Shown: piece by piece, positions 60,872 to 64,000 of the stretch
Layout: each line of letters starts with the position of its first letter
How positions within the stretch are numbered: position 1 is the stretch's first letter
Assembly: GCA_008632985.1 (NCBI GenBank)
Contig: QPGO01000224.1
Span: 1-64,000, forward strand
Source: Psammoneis japonica
Taxonomy: Eukaryota
DNA length: 64,000 nucleotides
Reading direction: 5' to 3'
Notes under the pieces: model-generated
Seen by the model: only the letters and a program-made list of their open reading frames with translations
Database searches by the model: none
Told to the model about the DNA's origin: nothing
Made by a program: the position numbers and the translations under genes

Positions 60872-61843
60872 CTAAGGCATGCGACCTGATGCGCGCTCGA
60901 CCTTTCGCCGGACGTAAAATAAGTCGAGATCCATCACTTCGCCCAATTCATCAGGCGGGGGAAGCGGGAGGTACAAAGACCCAGTGGGGACATGGAGCTG
61001 CATCCCGGGAAGTCCAGCTTGAGTGGCGCCGTTGTTCGGACCATGGTTTCCAAACTCAATTTCCTGCACGGGGTTATCGTTTGCGCCACGCTCATACCGC
61101 CAAGCTTTCATCGTCATGTGGCCATCAACAAGGCCTGAGTATCCAAGCTTAATGGCAATCACCTGTTGAACACCATGGTTTGGATTCTGAGCTGTGTTCA
61201 ACCAATCCAAAGCTTTAGCACAAATGTGCTCTTCAGCCTCTGAATGTGCTATTTCAACTATGAGATTTGGCCATCGGTTTCCTAAGATGTCAGCAGCATC
61301 AACATCGTTGGGCCCTGGACGAAACCCGAGATTTGTCAGTGATCCATCCGGCTCAAAGGACCAGCTCTCATCATTGTTATCGCATCTGGGGCTTGCCACG
61401 ATCGCAAAGTCATCCGCGTTATTGACCAACTGCCGAACAAGCTCAATGATAACTTCTCCCGCAGCGCAATCATGTAGAGCAAGCGGCAGCTCGTATATCC
61501 AGGCTCCACCATCTCGAAACTCACAGCGAGAGCACCCCGCACCTTCTAGAGCATCACATTGAGCATGGAACTCTTCAAGTTTCAATTCTTTGTTAACAAG
61601 ACAAAATGGCAAGGACGCGATCTGCTCCTCATGAGACATGGAATTGAACCGGTTGAGGGCGTCCACGATTGAAATTTTGTGCGCGAATGAATCAACAACT
61701 GGTCCTTCCTTGACACCGCCCCTTCTTTCCCATGCGTGTTTGTTTGCACTAATCAGATCCGATGAGGCAACGGAGAGTCAGGACGAAGTGCTGTTGGCTG
61801 AAGCGCCGGTCTGGTTTGATGGCGACTCGTCGCCAATGGGCAT
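60872..61843 (-). pseudogene. Uma2-like PD-(D/E)XK endonuclease gene; in-frame TGA at 61778 (a shorter 60872-61639 ORF remains open)
   Basis: IYELP..HD, EPDGSL and WPNLIVEIAHSE motifs. The upstream ATG at 61843 is in frame but interrupted. Confidence 0.7.
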
Positions 61844-61849
61844 TTTCAC

Positions 61850-63690
61850 ATGTGGGGGGCCTGGGAAGCCTGCTGTGAGCCCCTCATGCCAGCCCCAAAC
61901 ATGGAGGCCAGGGCACATTTTGCCACATTGTTCCTCATCAACCTCTCCATGGAGCATTGTCACTCCAAGATTTTGGCATGTTATGACTTGGTGGGGTTGA
62001 CTCTGGGTGCCCCTGGGAATGCAAAGCTTGCTCACCAGCTCCATGTGGGGGGGATCTGAAAGCTTCTCTCAATCCCAAGGGAAGAGATGCCACTTGCATG
62101 ATGCCAGACACTCCACTCAACTCATGCCTTCAATGCATTGTGACTTGCATGTGAGTTTGCTGGATTGGGCTGATTTGTGTCAGGCAGGCATGTCTGAGGG
62201 GCAACATCAAGTCAATGGCTGCACGCACCCCTGTGCTTCTGAGGTTTGTGCTGTTTCTTGCTGGAGATCACCATCATCTTCCACATTTGGGCAGGACCAA
62301 TCATTGGGGCATGTGCCAAGGATGCAACCAGCCTTTGTCACCTGGAAATCTGTGTCCTTTGGAACTTCAATGCTGCTGTGGCTGAAATCACCTGCTGAGG
62401 TGGCTGCCAAATGCACCCCATGCACGGCCCAAAATGATGAGTTGGCGGTGGCCAGATTTTCACCCCAGTGTCCACTTTGTCTGGTTTGTGACTTTGAGGC
62501 TTTGCCTTGGACATGCTTGCTCATTCCAAGGTGACCAGCTGGGCCTCATCTGCTGCTGCTGTCCAAAAGCTCACACCACCTGCTGTTGGTGCTCCCAGGT
62601 GCCACACCACCATGGCTTCACCAGGCACTGGAGCTGCCTCCACCAACTTTTTCTGTTGGCATGGGCAGGTGCTCACCCTCTTCATGAACAGGGCAGAGGA
62701 ACGGGTGGGGTGGCCCCACCAGCATGAAAAATCAGGAAGCAAATTTGATGAACCATCTGGCATGGTCAGTGCTTGCAGCAACTTCACAGCTCTGAATGTC
62801 ACGTGTGAGTGCAGTGTCAGCCTGCCACTGTCCACCTGCCATGCACTGCTGTTCTTGGGCAAGCAGTGCTGGGCCACACTGTGAACTGTCCATTGGCATG
62901 TGGCCTCTTTGCTTGCTTCCCCAAGAAGATGCTTGCAGCTGAGTCCCAGGATGGCATGTCCCTCCACAAGAAGGCAGAGGGAGGGACAGGCCTTTCCAAT
63001 GGCAATGGGGGCGAAAGTGGTTCTTCTCACGCCATGTGACATTGACCCACTTCTTGTTGCCAAGATGATTGCTGCCTTTTGCCACTCCTGGCATGTTGTT
63101 CTGGGCAATCATGGCCACCTTTTGTTGCCAATCTCTGCTCCATTCTCTTGCATGTGGAAGACAACAGAGCCAGCTGCAACATTGTGCCAGCCACAGCAGG
63201 ACAAGGCACTCCCCATCAAGTTCATGCAATTCATTGACAAGAGCATCCAGTGTGCCGCCTCAAGGCCTGCACACAGAAAGTGATTGACAATGAGCTGAAT
63301 GACCATTTCTGTGCATGTCACAGTGCATTTGCCTCAGTTGCAGCAATGATCACATTCTCCAGATTGTCCAATCTTCCCCACAGCTTGGTTGACAAGCTCA
63401 ATTGCACTGGCACTGCCCATGCTGCACCGACAGACTCCAAGGCAAACCCACCTGCCAAGAAGCCCAAGACTTCCCCCCCCCACACACTGGCAGTCAAGAA
63501 TGACCAAGTGACTGAGGCATGGCAACTGCTGAGGGGTCATGAGTGGGCTCTGAAAAATCATGCGCCACATCTGTCACCAACTGCCCAATGCACTTTGGGG
63601 CAGTGGTTTGCATGAATTTGCACTTCACTGGTGCTTGCCATGCCAACTGCGAAAGAATCAGAAGGAACCGAAATGCAGAAGAATCAATCC
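61850..63690 (+). mobile_element. TpA/CpG-depleted relic, possibly ORF1/gag of a tyrosine-recombinase (DIRS/Ngaro-like) retroelement
   Basis: The TA-free domain is clear. The family guess rests only on a terminal CMNLHFTGACHANC (CxxxHxxGxCxxxC) motif near 63610-63650. Confidence 0.4.
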
Positions 63691-63693
63691 AAT

Positions 63694-63893
63694 GATAAGA
63701 ACAAATTCTTGCAAAATAGTGTAGCGAAATCATAACAAATATTTTCCGAGCTGTTGCGCCCATGCAGTCGGAAACTGAGCAAGCGGAGAAACAGATATAT
63801 TTCACAACAAGACCAAACAGCCAGAGGCACAAATAGCAAAATCTCTTTATAATAAAATGCAGATTATCAGTTTATCGGTCGCGGACTATTTAT
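63694..63893. repeat. Diverged direct repeat, copy 2
   Basis: Same blocks as 60473-60671. Confidence 0.85.
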
Positions 63894-64000
63894 ATGTTGA
63901 AAACCCTTCACTTCTTTGATGCGCATAAACAATACATACCAAGCAAATCAAAACGGCCGCAACCACCGACGAGGGAGACAGGACTTGTTTCCTAAATCTA

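Overview
Eukaryotic genomic DNA, most likely a pennate diatom (short GT-AG introns, ASAF/GSAF plastid-targeting motifs, CoDi-type Ty1/copia element). The window alternates between two compartments. Ordinary gene islands (about 1.9-3.7, 11.8-27.6, 53.2-56.8 and 59-61.6 kb) carry a secreted Pro/Tyr/Lys-repeat protein, an MsrB-like gene, a CruP-like gene, a DUF2306-like gene, a dsRBD-DEAH helicase, an F-box remnant, a bZIP-like gene, an LtrA-like gene, an OAS-like remnant, a His-box desaturase and a Uma2-like nuclease. Sharply bounded repeat/relic domains, about 60% of the window, have lost almost all TpA dinucleotides. The main finding is that conserved transposon and gene motifs in these domains show systematic Tyr->Cys and Tyr->His changes (also Val->Ala, Leu->Pro), meaning TpA->TpG and TpA->CpA on both DNA strands. 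The LTR pair and four MITE copies indicate that this happened in chromosomal DNA after insertion. It looks like a repeat-targeted A-to-G hypermutation system running opposite to fungal RIP, with CpG decay added later. The mechanism and novelty are inference. A full 7.1-kb copia element (276-bp LTRs, TTGAC TSD, possible half-tRNA-Asn primer site) and three other insertions interrupt a reconstructable Crinkler-like REase-kinase gene. All counts are by eye and all family assignments come from motif recognition, not database searches.
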